64,000 nt of DNA from Oscillospiraceae bacterium (GTDB taxonomy: Bacteria > Bacillota > Clostridia > Oscillospirales > CAG-272). Below the pieces are notes generated by a model that made no database searches, had not been told where the DNA came from, and saw only the letters and a list, made by a program, of their open reading frames with translations. Positions 1 to 8,741 of this stretch are shown here, one piece after another (position 1 is the first letter of the stretch; each line of letters starts with the position of its first letter). The position numbers and the translations under genes are program-made. The DNA lies in the NCBI GenBank assembly GCA_015063325.1, contig SVUK01000014.1:9918-73917 (forward strand), written 5' to 3'.

Positions 1-249
1 GGAGATCAAATCCTCGATTCCGACGCCGGTATTATCGAACCGTTTGGCAAGGAAGGCGACAAGCCGCAGGTTGTGCTCGATAAGCTTGATTTGCGCGTCC
101 TCATCGCCGATGCGGGCAACTAGCTCGTTTTCTTCCTCAGGAGAAAGGGGAGGCGGAAGTGCCTGCGGACCGTTGATGTAAAAAATACCGCGCGGACGGA
201 GCCGCCGCAAAAACCATGCGCGCAGGCGCGCAAACAGGCGAAAGATCAT
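1..249 (-). CDS. sigE: Sporulation sigma factor SigE (pro-sigma-E), first 83 codons; continues past the left window edge
   Basis: Minus-strand ATG at 249 with AGGAGG 5 nt upstream. Translation is MIFRLFARLRAWFLRRLRPRGIFYINGPQALPPPLSPEEENELVARIGDEDAQIKLIEHNLRLVAFLAKRFDNTGVGIEDLIS. It shows the pro-sequence plus the ALPPPLS..EE and NLRLV..F.NTG..IEDLIS region-2 signatures of SigE. The frame is open to position 1. It lies downstream of spoIIGA, as in spoIIG operons. Confidence 0.8.
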   Translation of the reverse strand, partial: MIFRLFARLRAWFLRRLRPRGIFYINGPQALPPPLSPEEENELVARIGDEDAQIKLIEHNLRLVAFLAKRFDNTGVGIEDLIS

Positions 250-254
250 GGGTT

Positions 255-480
255 CCTCCTTTTATAAAGAGTTTTTTGCCGAGCTTTTTGAAGTTTTTGA
301 TCCAACTTTTTTCAAAAAGTTGGTCAGGGGGTGGGGTGAAACCCCACGACCTTCCTTCGCGCCGCAGGCGCGAACAAAAAGCGCCGAAGGTTCGCGCGGA
401 GCGCGAAATAAGGTCGTGGAGCGTTGCTCCACACCTCACCCACTTTTTTGGAAAAAAGTGGGGCAAAAAACTTTGATACT
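255..480. repeat. Intergenic palindromic repeat cluster C1 (two three-hairpin LSR units in inverted orientation)
   Basis: 262-378 reads TTGATCCAACTTTTTTCAAAAAGTTGG / GTGGGGTGAAACCCCAC / TTCGCGCCGCAGGCGCGAA. 384-478 carries the same three hairpin types in reverse order. The modules recur at 10 other loci in the window. Confidence 0.85.
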
Positions 481-496
481 TGGGGAAGCGGTTGGG

Positions 497-1357
497 TCAT
501 GCGCCGATGAGTGCGTCAAAGCCGAGGGCGCGATCCTGGTTGGAGGCAAGGGCAATGAGGTGGTTGGTTTGCCGTTTGCCATCGTCGTCGGTGATCCAGA
601 TTTCGTCGGGCAGAACGGCGGTCAGAAGCTCGGTTCCCAAAACGCTTGCCGAGGGGATCAGGCGCACCCGTTTCGCCGTTTGGTGGTCGTTCTCCATTTG
701 CAAACGAACGGGATCTCCTGGCGGCAAAAAAAATCCGTGGGGCAAAACGCCGCGCAGCGTTTTTGGTTCAACAAGAATGACCGGTCGCCCCGAAATCGGC
801 TCGGTGAGCAGGTTCCCGGTATCCACCAGCGCCTGAAATTCAACTTTTTTTCCAAACAGCACGGCTTCCACCGCCACTGATTTTGCCTTATTCGCCCTTC
901 CGATGGCGGCGCCTCCTTTGCGCGTCAGAATTCCGCTGACCAACGCGAGTACGGCGAACAGCCAAACCGAAATGTGATCCTCGGTCAGCGCGTCAATCGG
1001 CAAATTCAGCCGGTTGAGCGCCCAAAACAGTGCCGTCATAACGCCGCCGAGAAGCACCGAAATCAACAAAAACACTCCCACCGTTCGAACCGCCCTGGAA
1101 AATCGACCTGCGCGCCGCGCAAAAACCGCCGCGCAAATGACGCAGGCGCCGAACCCATCCAAAAGCAGTTCCCAAACGCCGCCGATTCCCAAAAGCAGTA
1201 CGGCGATTGCATAAAGTCCGCCAAGCGCCGCGCCGAGAAGCAGGCGCCATGCCTTTGGTTTGCTATGTAAGAGCAGCGCCGTCAGATTCAGGCAGAGCAA
1301 ATCCATACTGGCATTGACGAAAAAATAGAGATCGACGTAAACTTCTCCTTGCGGCAT
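497..1357 (-). CDS. spoIIGA: Sigma-E processing peptidase SpoIIGA
   Basis: ORF 497..1462 trimmed to the ATG at 1357 (MPQGEVYVDLYFF), with AGGAGG upstream. It has multiple N-terminal TM segments followed by the aspartic-protease motif LVDTGN. It sits directly upstream of sigE. Confidence 0.85.
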   Translation of the reverse strand: MPQGEVYVDLYFFVNASMDLLCLNLTALLLHSKPKAWRLLLGAALGGLYAIAVLLLGIGGVWELLLDGFGACVICAAVFARRAGRFSRAVRTVGVFLLISVLLGGVMTALFWALNRLNLPIDALTEDHISVWLFAVLALVSGILTRKGGAAIGRANKAKSVAVEAVLFGKKVEFQALVDTGNLLTEPISGRPVILVEPKTLRGVLPHGFFLPPGDPVRLQMENDHQTAKRVRLIPSASVLGTELLTAVLPDEIWITDDDGKRQTNHLIALASNQDRALGFDALIGA

Positions 1358-1536
1358 CGGCTGTCCTCCTTTTTTTGTATTTCCTCTTTCAGCATAACAG
1401 AAGAACAGCGATAAAGCTGTCGAAACCGAGGAACAAAAAAATTTTTCTTTTGCCGCTACCAATTCGGTCGTTTGTATGGTATAATAAGGAAAAAGAATCT
1501 AACCCCCTTGGCGCATTTCGCCGGAAAGGAAACAAG

Positions 1537-2625
1537 ATGTCACTTGATCACATTCGCTCTTTACAACAAAAATTAACCGAAAACGAGGCGGAAGCCGCGC
1601 TTTTGACCGACAAACTTAACCAACGCTATCTTTCGGGTTTCGATTTTGACGACGGCTATGTTCTTGTCACGCAGAAAAACGCTTACCTCGTTACCGATTT
1701 CCGCTATATTGAGGCGGCAAAAGCCGCTTCCGCCGATTTTATGGAAGTCGTTGCCCCCGAGCGCGGCACACTGTTTGCCTTTCTTGTCGATTCGCTCAAA
1801 AAGGACGGCTGTAAAACGGTTTTGCTGGAGGAGGAAACCCTTGCTTATGCCGCGTTCGGCAGATTTGTCGAAAAGCTTTCCGATTTCACCGTCAAGGGCG
1901 GCGCCTCGGCAATTCTGAACGCTCTGCGTCTTTATAAGACAGATGAGGAACTTGCCGCCATGGCGCGCGCGCAAACCATTACCGACGCGGCGTTTGCTCA
2001 TATCGTTAAGACCATTCGCCCGGACGAAATGACCGAGATCGACGTTGCGCTGGAGATGGAATGTTTTATGCGCAGTCACGGCGCCTCGGGGCTTGCGTTT
2101 GATACCATTGTCGCCTCGGGCAGCGCTTCCTCTCGTCCGCACGCCGTTCCGCGCAACTGCAAACTGGAACGCGGATTTTTGACCTTGGATTTCGGCGCGA
2201 AAGCCGACGGCTACTGCTCGGATATGACGCGTACCATCGTCCTCGGCAAAGCCGACGCCGAAATGAAAAAACTCTACAACACCGTTCTGCGCGCGCAGAC
2301 CGAGGCAATCGCCGCCGCGCGCGAGGGAAGCTCCTGCTTTGGCTTGGATAAGATCGCGCGCGATATTATCAACGGTGCCGGTTATGAAGGCAGATTCGGG
2401 CATTCGCTTGGACATGGGGTCGGTCTTTTCATTCACGAAAAGCCGAATCTTGCCCCCGGCGTTTCCCCCGACCTGCTTTTGAAGCGCGGACACACCTTTA
2501 CCGTAGAACCCGGCATTTACATCGAGGGGCTTTACGGTTGCCGCATTGAGGATATGTGCTGTATCCGCCCGGACGGAACCATGCAGGACTTTACCCAAAG
2601 CCCCAAGGAACTGATCGAAATCTGA
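1537..2625 (+). CDS. M24 family Xaa-Pro aminopeptidase/dipeptidase
   Basis: ORF 1375..2625 trimmed to the ATG at 1537 (MSLDHIRSLQ). It has a creatinase-like N-domain and the pita-bread metal ligand pattern (DFG..ADGYCSDMTRT, HSLGHGVGL.IHE, TVEPGIY, RIED). Confidence 0.85.
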   Translation: MSLDHIRSLQQKLTENEAEAALLTDKLNQRYLSGFDFDDGYVLVTQKNAYLVTDFRYIEAAKAASADFMEVVAPERGTLFAFLVDSLKKDGCKTVLLEEETLAYAAFGRFVEKLSDFTVKGGASAILNALRLYKTDEELAAMARAQTITDAAFAHIVKTIRPDEMTEIDVALEMECFMRSHGASGLAFDTIVASGSASSRPHAVPRNCKLERGFLTLDFGAKADGYCSDMTRTIVLGKADAEMKKLYNTVLRAQTEAIAAAREGSSCFGLDKIARDIINGAGYEGRFGHSLGHGVGLFIHEKPNLAPGVSPDLLLKRGHTFTVEPGIYIEGLYGCRIEDMCCIRPDGTMQDFTQSPKELIEI

Positions 2626-2661
2626 TCCCGTTTGACCGGGGTTTTTCAAAGGAGGACCGAC

Positions 2662-3396
2662 ATGGGAGGATCCGTAAATGTCTGGAATCTCACGCAATAT
2701 CTTCTCGTCCGCTGGGATTTGACCCCCGGCACTTTTCCCTATGCCGCGTTGCTGGTCGGTGCCGTGCTGCTGGCGGCGATCGTCCCCTATCTCCTTGGCA
2801 GTATCAGCCCTGCCGTTCTCATTTCCAAAGGGATCTATAAAACCGACGTCCGCACACTGGGAAGCGGCAACGCCGGAACGACAAATATGCTTCGCGCTTT
2901 CGGAAAAAAAGCCGCCGCGGCAACCCTGATCCTCGATCTTCTCAAAGCCGCGCTTGCCTACTGGTTTGGGTTCTTCCTTTTCCTCGGCATGACCGGCGGC
3001 GCGATTGCCGGATTTTTCGTTGTCTTTGGGCATATCTTCCCCATCTTTGCCAAATTCCGCGGCGGAAAAGGCGTTGCCTGCCTTGCCGTGGTCGCGCTTT
3101 GCCAAAGCCCTTTGACCTTTGCCATTGTGCTGGGCGTTTGGCTGATCGTGGTGCTGGGCACGCGCTATGTCTCGCTCGGCTCGGTCATGGCGGCGCTCCT
3201 CTATCCCCTCATCCTGCGCGCTTTCGTTGGCGCGGCGGACGGCGGAAGCGTTGCCTTTGCCATTGCGGCGGTCTGCTTCGTCATCTTCCGTCACCGCGAA
3301 AATCTGAAACGCCTTTACGAGGGGAAGGAAAACAAACTGCAACTCTTTAAAAAGAAAAAAAAGGAGGATGAGAACAATGGAAACCGAACTGCTTGA
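2662..3396 (+). CDS. plsY: Glycerol-3-phosphate acyltransferase PlsY
   Basis: ATG at 2662 follows AAAGGAGG. Motifs seen: GSGN.GTTN, FKGGKGVA and HRENL.RL. The protein is polytopic membrane. Confidence 0.9.
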   Translation: MGGSVNVWNLTQYLLVRWDLTPGTFPYAALLVGAVLLAAIVPYLLGSISPAVLISKGIYKTDVRTLGSGNAGTTNMLRAFGKKAAAATLILDLLKAALAYWFGFFLFLGMTGGAIAGFFVVFGHIFPIFAKFRGGKGVACLAVVALCQSPLTFAIVLGVWLIVVLGTRYVSLGSVMAALLYPLILRAFVGAADGGSVAFAIAAVCFVIFRHRENLKRLYEGKENKLQLFKKKKKEDENNGNRTA

Positions 3397-4561
3397 TCTT
3401 CTTCTCCTCTCCTTTTCCAAACAGGCGCTTGTCAAAGCCATGCTCTCCAAGCCGGGCGACAAGCGCGAACTCAAAACGGTTATCACACCGCGCGCGATCG
3501 GCGGAAAACTGCTTTTGCAGGCAGAAACCTTTCTTGCCGACAACAAGGCGGTGCACGAAAATATTGATCCCGAAAACAACTCCCGTCTCGCCGCACGGAT
3601 CGGCGCGCACGGGCAGATCAACCTCATCACTTCGGCAGGCGAATGTGAACTGCGGCGTTCCAAAGCCGGAAAAGTCACCCTCATCGGCGGCGAAAAATTG
3701 CGCCGTGCTCTTGCCGGGGAGGTTTTGCCGCGCATTCCGGTTGCCAAAAACGACCGTCAGAAAGCGCGCATTCTCTCGGGGAGCGAGCCCTTCCTGCGCC
3801 TGTTGGGCGTGAGCAATGAAAACGGGCGCGTTTTTGATAAAAAACAGGCGAAGTTCCGGCAGATCAACCGGTTTTTGGAACTGATCCGCGATTGTTTGCC
3901 CTACCTGCCGAAAGAGGGTGCGCTCCGCATTTGCGACCTCTGCTGCGGCAAAAGTTATCTTTCCTTTGCCGCGTATCACTATTTTGCAAACGTCCTTGGG
4001 CGCACCGTCCGCATGACCGGTGTGGACCTCAAGCCCGACGTGATGGAATTCTGCGCCGACGCGGCGAAAAAGCTCGGTTTTACCGGGCTGGAATTCCGCT
4101 TTGGCGATGTTGCCGCCTACGATGCCGGTGAGCATGTTCATCTCGTCCTTTCGCTCCATGCCTGCGATATTGCCACCGACCTCGTTCTTTCGCGCGCGGT
4201 GGCTTTCGGAGCAGACGTCATTCTTTCCACGCCCTGCTGTCATCACGAGCTCAACCACGCGCTGGACTGTCCTGCGCTCGGTTTTCTTTCGCAATACTCA
4301 ATGTTGCGGCAAAAATTCTGCGACGCCGCCACCGACGCGCTCCGGCTGAAATATTTGGAGGCCTGCGGCTATACCACCTGCGCGCTGGAACTGATCGACC
4401 CCGAGGAAACGCCCAAAAATATTCTTTTGCGCGGCGTCAGGCGCAAGGATTTTGACCCGTCGGGCGCCGAAGCGAAAGCCCTTTGGCAAGCCTATGAATC
4501 GGCAAAAACGTTTTTGGTAGGAGGCGGCAATGTTCAAAAAGCTCTTTCACAAAAATCCTAA
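3377..4561 (+). CDS. Class I SAM-dependent methyltransferase (function unknown)
   Basis: ORF 3368..4561. The ATG at 3377 is better spaced from AAGGAGG. It has the motif I-like ICDLCCGKSYLS and an HACD segment typical of Methyltransf_32-like proteins. Confidence 0.7.
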   Translation: METELLDLLLLSFSKQALVKAMLSKPGDKRELKTVITPRAIGGKLLLQAETFLADNKAVHENIDPENNSRLAARIGAHGQINLITSAGECELRRSKAGKVTLIGGEKLRRALAGEVLPRIPVAKNDRQKARILSGSEPFLRLLGVSNENGRVFDKKQAKFRQINRFLELIRDCLPYLPKEGALRICDLCCGKSYLSFAAYHYFANVLGRTVRMTGVDLKPDVMEFCADAAKKLGFTGLEFRFGDVAAYDAGEHVHLVLSLHACDIATDLVLSRAVAFGADVILSTPCCHHELNHALDCPALGFLSQYSMLRQKFCDAATDALRLKYLEACGYTTCALELIDPEETPKNILLRGVRRKDFDPSGAEAKALWQAYESAKTFLVGGGNVQKALSQKS

Positions 4562-4859
4562 ACCGGGAAGCCGCGCCTACCGCCGCGAAATGGCGGAAAA
4601 AATTTGCGGTCATCACGTCCGCTACATCACCGAAAAGAAGGGCGAGACCGACGAGGTCATCGGGCGCGAGGGCTCGCTTGCCCGGCGGAACGGGGAACTT
4701 TTGGTGCATTCCTCGACCGGCACGCTCTTTCGTTGCAATATCGACGAGATGGACGCATGGGAACTGCTCTCCAAGGACGGCGTGACCATCACCGCCCCCG
4801 ACCTCGAACACGGCGGCACCGTCCGCACCATCGTGGTTTATTACGTTTATTATCGGTAA
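4530..4859 (+). CDS. Hypothetical protein (109 aa)
   Basis: ATG at 4530 follows TAGGAGG and overlaps the end of the methyltransferase gene by 32 nt. Codon usage looks like the neighbours. I recognise no motif. Confidence 0.5.
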   Translation: MFKKLFHKNPKPGSRAYRREMAEKICGHHVRYITEKKGETDEVIGREGSLARRNGELLVHSSTGTLFRCNIDEMDAWELLSKDGVTITAPDLEHGGTVRTIVVYYVYYR

Positions 4860-4861
4860 TT

Positions 4862-4995
4862 GATTCGCGCGGAGCGCGAAGGAAGATAGCAAAAACTTTT
4901 TTTGAAAGTTTTTGATCCAACTTTTTACAAAAAGTTGGTAGGGTTTGGGACAAAGTCCCAAGGGTTTCCTTTCGCGCTCCGCGCGAACTTTCCAT
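4862..4995. repeat. Intergenic palindromic repeat cluster C2 (extra RC hairpin plus an LSR unit)
   Basis: TTCGCGCGGAGCGCGAA (4864-4880), TTGATCCAACTTTTTACAAAAAGTTGG (4912-4938), GGGTTTGGGACAAAGTCCCAAGGG, TTTCGCGCTCCGCGCGAAC. Confidence 0.85.
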
Positions 4996-5013
4996 ACTTT
5001 TTGATAAAAGGAG

Positions 5014-5808
5014 GTGTTTTCCGTGTCATTGCTGATCGACGAGCTGGACTTTGACGCCCGGCGCGCGCGGTTTTGCCGCATTGCCGAAGAAACGGCGATC
5101 GGCGCACGCACGCAGGGAGAATTCGGCTTTGGCACCTTGCAGGAAAAGCGCCTGCACGCAACCGTCAAAAAGTTTCTTTGCGAAAACACCGACTGCCACG
5201 AGGCAGGCATTGAGGGCACGCGCTACCTTGCCGATATACGCCTGGGCAACGAAATTTACGAGGTGCAGACCGGCGGATTTGCCCCCCTCAAACCAAAGCT
5301 GAAGCACATTTTAGAAAACACGTCCTGCACCGTAACGGTGGTGCACCCCCTTGTCGTTCAACGATCGATCTCCTGGATCGATCCGCGCGACGGCGCAATC
5401 TCCCCGGCACGCAGAACTTCCGGAATCGAACGCCCGATCGACCTGCTTGCCGAGCTTTATCCGCTCCTCGGTCTCTTGCCAAACGAACGGTTCGCCTTCC
5501 GCCTGCTCTCTGTTTCGGTCTGCGATTTTCGGCTCCTCAACCCCAAAAACCGGCGCGATCCAAAACGCCGTTCCAGCCGCTACGAGCGCATTCCAATCGA
5601 TCTTTTAGGCGACGTTACCTTTTCTTCACCTGCTGATTTCTACGATCTTTTACCCGGTGATCTGCCGAACGAATTTACCGTTTCCACATTCTCCAAATTG
5701 ACCGGACTGCGAGGGATTTCCGCGTATTCCGCGGTCCGCGTCCTGGCAAAACTCGGCGTCCTGCGCCAAACCTCTACCAAAAGACCCATGACCTTTGCGG
5801 TGGTATAG
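5014..5808 (+). CDS. Hypothetical protein, possibly restriction-endonuclease-like fold with a C-terminal wHTH-like tail
   Basis: ORF 5014..5808. The start is GTG at 5014 or, with better RBS spacing, GTG at 5023. The segment YLADIRLGNEIYEVQTGG resembles a PD-(D/E)xK-type core (D74, E83-x-Q85). The function assignment is weak. Confidence 0.6.
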   Translation: MFSVSLLIDELDFDARRARFCRIAEETAIGARTQGEFGFGTLQEKRLHATVKKFLCENTDCHEAGIEGTRYLADIRLGNEIYEVQTGGFAPLKPKLKHILENTSCTVTVVHPLVVQRSISWIDPRDGAISPARRTSGIERPIDLLAELYPLLGLLPNERFAFRLLSVSVCDFRLLNPKNRRDPKRRSSRYERIPIDLLGDVTFSSPADFYDLLPGDLPNEFTVSTFSKLTGLRGISAYSAVRVLAKLGVLRQTSTKRPMTFAVV

Positions 5809-5811
5809 GGG

Positions 5812-6090
5812 GGAGGGAAGACCTTGAGGGGGAGGAAACTTTTTTGCAAAAAAGTTTCCTCCCCCTCAAACTATCCTGTTGCGGTGCCCGAAAATCGCTA
5901 CGGGCGCATACGCGCTAATCCTTGCGCTTTTCGACCGCCGCCTGTGGCGGAAGCAGGGAGCGCGAGGAGTGGCAGCGGTCAAAATTTTGAAGCGGCAACG
6001 CCGCGCCACAAAATTTTGGGTACCGCAACAGGAGAGCGCGAGAGGGGGAAGAACTTTTTGCAAAAAGTTCTTCCCCCTCTCGCGACCTTT
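5812..6090. repeat. Intergenic palindromic repeat cluster C3 (GE hairpin, PQ composite, GE-type hairpin)
   Basis: A 46-nt perfect hairpin at 5824-5869. A PQ element at 5875-6032, bounded by inverted CCTGTTGCGGTGCCCGAAAAT / AAATTTTGGGTACCGCAACAGG. A hairpin GCGAGAGGGGGAAGAAC..GTTCTTCCCCCTCTCGC at 6038-6083. Confidence 0.85.
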
Positions 6091-6093
6091 TCC

Positions 6094-7767
6094 TTAAAAC
6101 AGCCCAACAATCTTTCCGTCGTCGGTGACGTCGATGCGTTCGGCGGCAGGAGATTTTGGCAGACCGGGCATCGTCATGATATCGCCGGTCAGGGCAACGA
6201 GGAAGCCTGCGCCTGCGCTGATTTTAACGTTTCGCACGGTGACGGTAAAGTTTTCCGGTGCGCCGAGCTTTTGCGGATCGTCGGAAAAGCTATACTGCGT
6301 TTTGGCAACGCAAACGGGCAGTTTTCCAAAACCGAGCGCGGTGAGTTCTTCCATCTGTTTTTTTGCCGCAGGCAGAATGGTCACGCCGGCGCCGCCGTAA
6401 ACCTTGGTGACAATGGCGTGCAGTTTTTCCTCAATGGTGGTGTCTTCCTCGTAGCTGAAGCGGAAATGATTTTCCGCGTCGCACAGACGGACGACCTCCT
6501 CGGCGAGCTCGGTTCCGCCTTTTCCGCCGTCCGCCCAAACGGTGGAGAGCTTGACGTTCACGCCCAGCGCGCGGCACTTTTGAATGACGAGCTCAATTTC
6601 CCTGTCGGTGTCGGTTGGAAAACGGTTAACGGCGACCACGCAGGGAAGCCCATAGGTGTTTTTGATATTGGAAACATGGCGCAAGAGATTTGGAAGTCCT
6701 TTTTCCAGCGCGACAAGATTCTCGGTTCCCAAATCGGTTTTAGCAAGACCGCCGTGCATTTTCAGCGCGCGAACGGTAGCAACGATCACCACCGCGTCGG
6801 GACGAAGACCTGCCATGCGACATTTGATATCCAAAAACTTTTCGGCGCCCAGGTCGGCTCCGAATCCCGCCTCGGTGACGGCGTAGTCGCCCAGTTTCAT
6901 CGCCATGCGCGTGGCGATCACCGAGTTACAGCCGTGGGCGATATTGGCAAACGGACCACCGTGCACGAACGCAGGGGTGCCCTCCAGCGTTTGGACGAGG
7001 TTGGGGTTGAGCGCGTCCTTGAGGAGCGCCGCCATCGCGCCGACGGCGTTCAGGTCACCGGCGGTCACCGGCTTGCCGGCATAGGTATAGCCGACCACGA
7101 TCCGCGAAAGCCGCGCTTTGAGATCGGAAATCGACGACGAAAGGCAGAACACCGCCATAATTTCGGAAGCAACGGTAATATCGAATCCGTCCTCGCGCGG
7201 CGTGCCGTTGGCTTTTCCGCCCAAACCGTCCACCAAGAAGCGGAGCTGACGATCGTTCATATCCACACAGCGTTTCCAGGTAATGCGACGGGGATCAATT
7301 CCGAGCGCATTGCCCTGCTGAATGTGGTTATCCAACATAGCGGCAAGCAGGTTATTTGCCGCGCCGATAGCATGAAAATCTCCGGTAAAATGCAGGTTGA
7401 TGTCCTCCATAGGAACCACCTGCGCGTATCCGCCGCCTGCGGCACCGCCCTTCACGCCGAAAACGGGACCCAAAGACGGCTCGCGGAGCGCCACGACCGA
7501 CCGCTTGCCAATGCGGCGCAATCCGTCGGCAAGACCGATGGTGGTGGTCGTTTTCCCCTCGCCTGCCGGCGTCGGCGTAATGGCAGTAACAAGAATTAAC
7601 TTGCCGTTTTTGCGGTTGGATGAGTCGATCAGAGCGCGGTTGACCTTTGCTTTATATTTGCCGTAGGATTCCAGAAAATCGTCGGGGATTTCCACCTTCG
7701 CGGCAATTTCGGAAATCGGACGGAGCTTGCAAGCCTGTGCAATTTCAATATCGGTTAAGTATGCCAT
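6094..7767 (-). CDS. fhs: Formate--tetrahydrofolate ligase
   Basis: 557 aa. The N-terminus [11 protein letters not shown], the P-loop TPAGEGKTT and full-length similarity to FTHFS are recognised by eye. Confidence 0.95.
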   Translation of the reverse strand: MAYLTDIEIAQACKLRPISEIAAKVEIPDDFLESYGKYKAKVNRALIDSSNRKNGKLILVTAITPTPAGEGKTTTTIGLADGLRRIGKRSVVALREPSLGPVFGVKGGAAGGGYAQVVPMEDINLHFTGDFHAIGAANNLLAAMLDNHIQQGNALGIDPRRITWKRCVDMNDRQLRFLVDGLGGKANGTPREDGFDITVASEIMAVFCLSSSISDLKARLSRIVVGYTYAGKPVTAGDLNAVGAMAALLKDALNPNLVQTLEGTPAFVHGGPFANIAHGCNSVIATRMAMKLGDYAVTEAGFGADLGAEKFLDIKCRMAGLRPDAVVIVATVRALKMHGGLAKTDLGTENLVALEKGLPNLLRHVSNIKNTYGLPCVVAVNRFPTDTDREIELVIQKCRALGVNVKLSTVWADGGKGGTELAEEVVRLCDAENHFRFSYEEDTTIEEKLHAIVTKVYGGAGVTILPAAKKQMEELTALGFGKLPVCVAKTQYSFSDDPQKLGAPENFTVTVRNVKISAGAGFLVALTGDIMTMPGLPKSPAAERIDVTDDGKIVGLF

Positions 7768-7808
7768 CGTTTTTTACCTTTCTTATGGATGCAAAGAAAG
7801 CATTTCGT

Positions 7809-8153
7809 TCAAAAATTTTGTCCGTTCCAGCCCCAGGCGGTGCTGAAGGTATAGTTGACGTAAACGTGATCGGGAGCAATGCCGAGTTCCTGCTCAAACA
7901 GTTCGCAAATCCGCGCGGTTAAGGCTTCGCAGTCGGCAGGTGCGGCTTTTCCGAAGATCTCCACCTCCACCATTGCCATTGGCGTGTTGTTTTCCCCGGC
8001 AAACCAAAGGCGGCAGTTCTCCTGGAAATTCAGCATCAGCCAGCGCTCGCTCTTGCCGGGTAGCAGGGCGATCGCCTCGCCGAGTTTGGTTTTGAGCGCA
8101 AGCTCGCGCTCTTTCGAGATGGAAAAATTGAGTTTGGTGTCAATCAGCGGCAT
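7809..8153 (-). CDS. Tautomerase (4-OT/MIF) superfamily protein
   Basis: 114 aa starting MPLIDTKL (Pro-1 after Met removal). The size and beta-alpha-beta pattern fit PptA-like tautomerases. Confidence 0.65.
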   Translation of the reverse strand: MPLIDTKLNFSISKERELALKTKLGEAIALLPGKSERWLMLNFQENCRLWFAGENNTPMAMVEVEIFGKAAPADCEALTARICELFEQELGIAPDHVYVNYTFSTAWGWNGQNF

Positions 8154-8201
8154 GATTATTTTTCCTTTCGTTGATATTTAAATTTGATCGTGAATAACAA
8201 A

Positions 8202-8438
8202 TCAATAGCGGTCGTAGGGCGGACCTTTGCGGCGGTTTCTCCCGTGCCGGAAGAGCATGAAAGCGCCGCCGGCAACGCAGGCGCCGACAATGCCGATCAG
8301 CACTTTTGCGCCGTTGGAAAGCCCTTTGGATTGCGCCCCACCGTTCGAACCGTCCGCGGCGAACACCGCCGGGCAAAGGCAGGCGGCAACCAGCGCAAAC
8401 AGCAGGCAAAACGCAACAAATCGAATTGCTTGTTTCAT
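8202..8438 (-). CDS. Small membrane-anchored/secreted protein
   Basis: ORF 8202..8465 trimmed to MKQAIRFVAFCLLFALVAACLCPAVFA (signal peptide). It has a second TM segment and a basic tail. I recognise no homology. Confidence 0.4.
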   Translation of the reverse strand: MKQAIRFVAFCLLFALVAACLCPAVFAADGSNGGAQSKGLSNGAKVLIGIVGACVAGGAFMLFRHGRNRRKGPPYDRY

Positions 8439-8741
8439 ATATCGGTACTCCTTTTCACCAATCAAAAATCAGGATTTGTCGTTCCAATTTTCAACATAGA
8501 TTTGATTTATTCAACAATTTTTTGGTCGATCAATTCATTCATCTCGTTTTTCTCCGTTCGACTTTGTTATTTATTATATCATGAAATGAAAAAAAGTCAA
8601 TGCGGCATAACAAATAATTGATTTATTATTGACAATTTTCCGGCAGATATGATAGAATACAAACAGCTATGATTGAACACAGACAGAAATGACTGAATTG
8701 TAGAATAAAGGACCATCAAAAAAGAAGGAACCCAAAGGAGA

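Noticed and set aside
1573-3747. Very long ORFs antisense to or overlapping well-supported genes. Examples: 1573..3747(-), 5824..7599(+), 9624..11381(-), 11338..12261(-), 21485..22381(+), 23518..24606(+), 25176..26426(-), 28189..29091(-), 35810..38344(-), 39150..40832(+), 40927..42303(+), 47432..49789(-), 53703..54632(-).
   Set aside because: They are shadow frames of GC-rich genes. Their translations are Arg/Gly/Ala-rich low-complexity text with no motifs. Each one overlaps a gene with clear family signatures and a good RBS on the other strand or in another frame.
5824-5869. Calling every GE-type hairpin a Rho-independent terminator feature.
   Set aside because: The stems are strong, but the T-runs sit in the loop, not after the stem. 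Without the 3' U-tract I cannot support canonical intrinsic termination. They are therefore listed as repeats and the question is left open.
5812-6090. The possibility that the recurring hairpins are a CRISPR array or arrays.
   Set aside because: There is no regular repeat-spacer periodicity. The units are themselves palindromes of different types joined directly. Copies are scattered in both orientations after gene ends. No cas genes are in the window.
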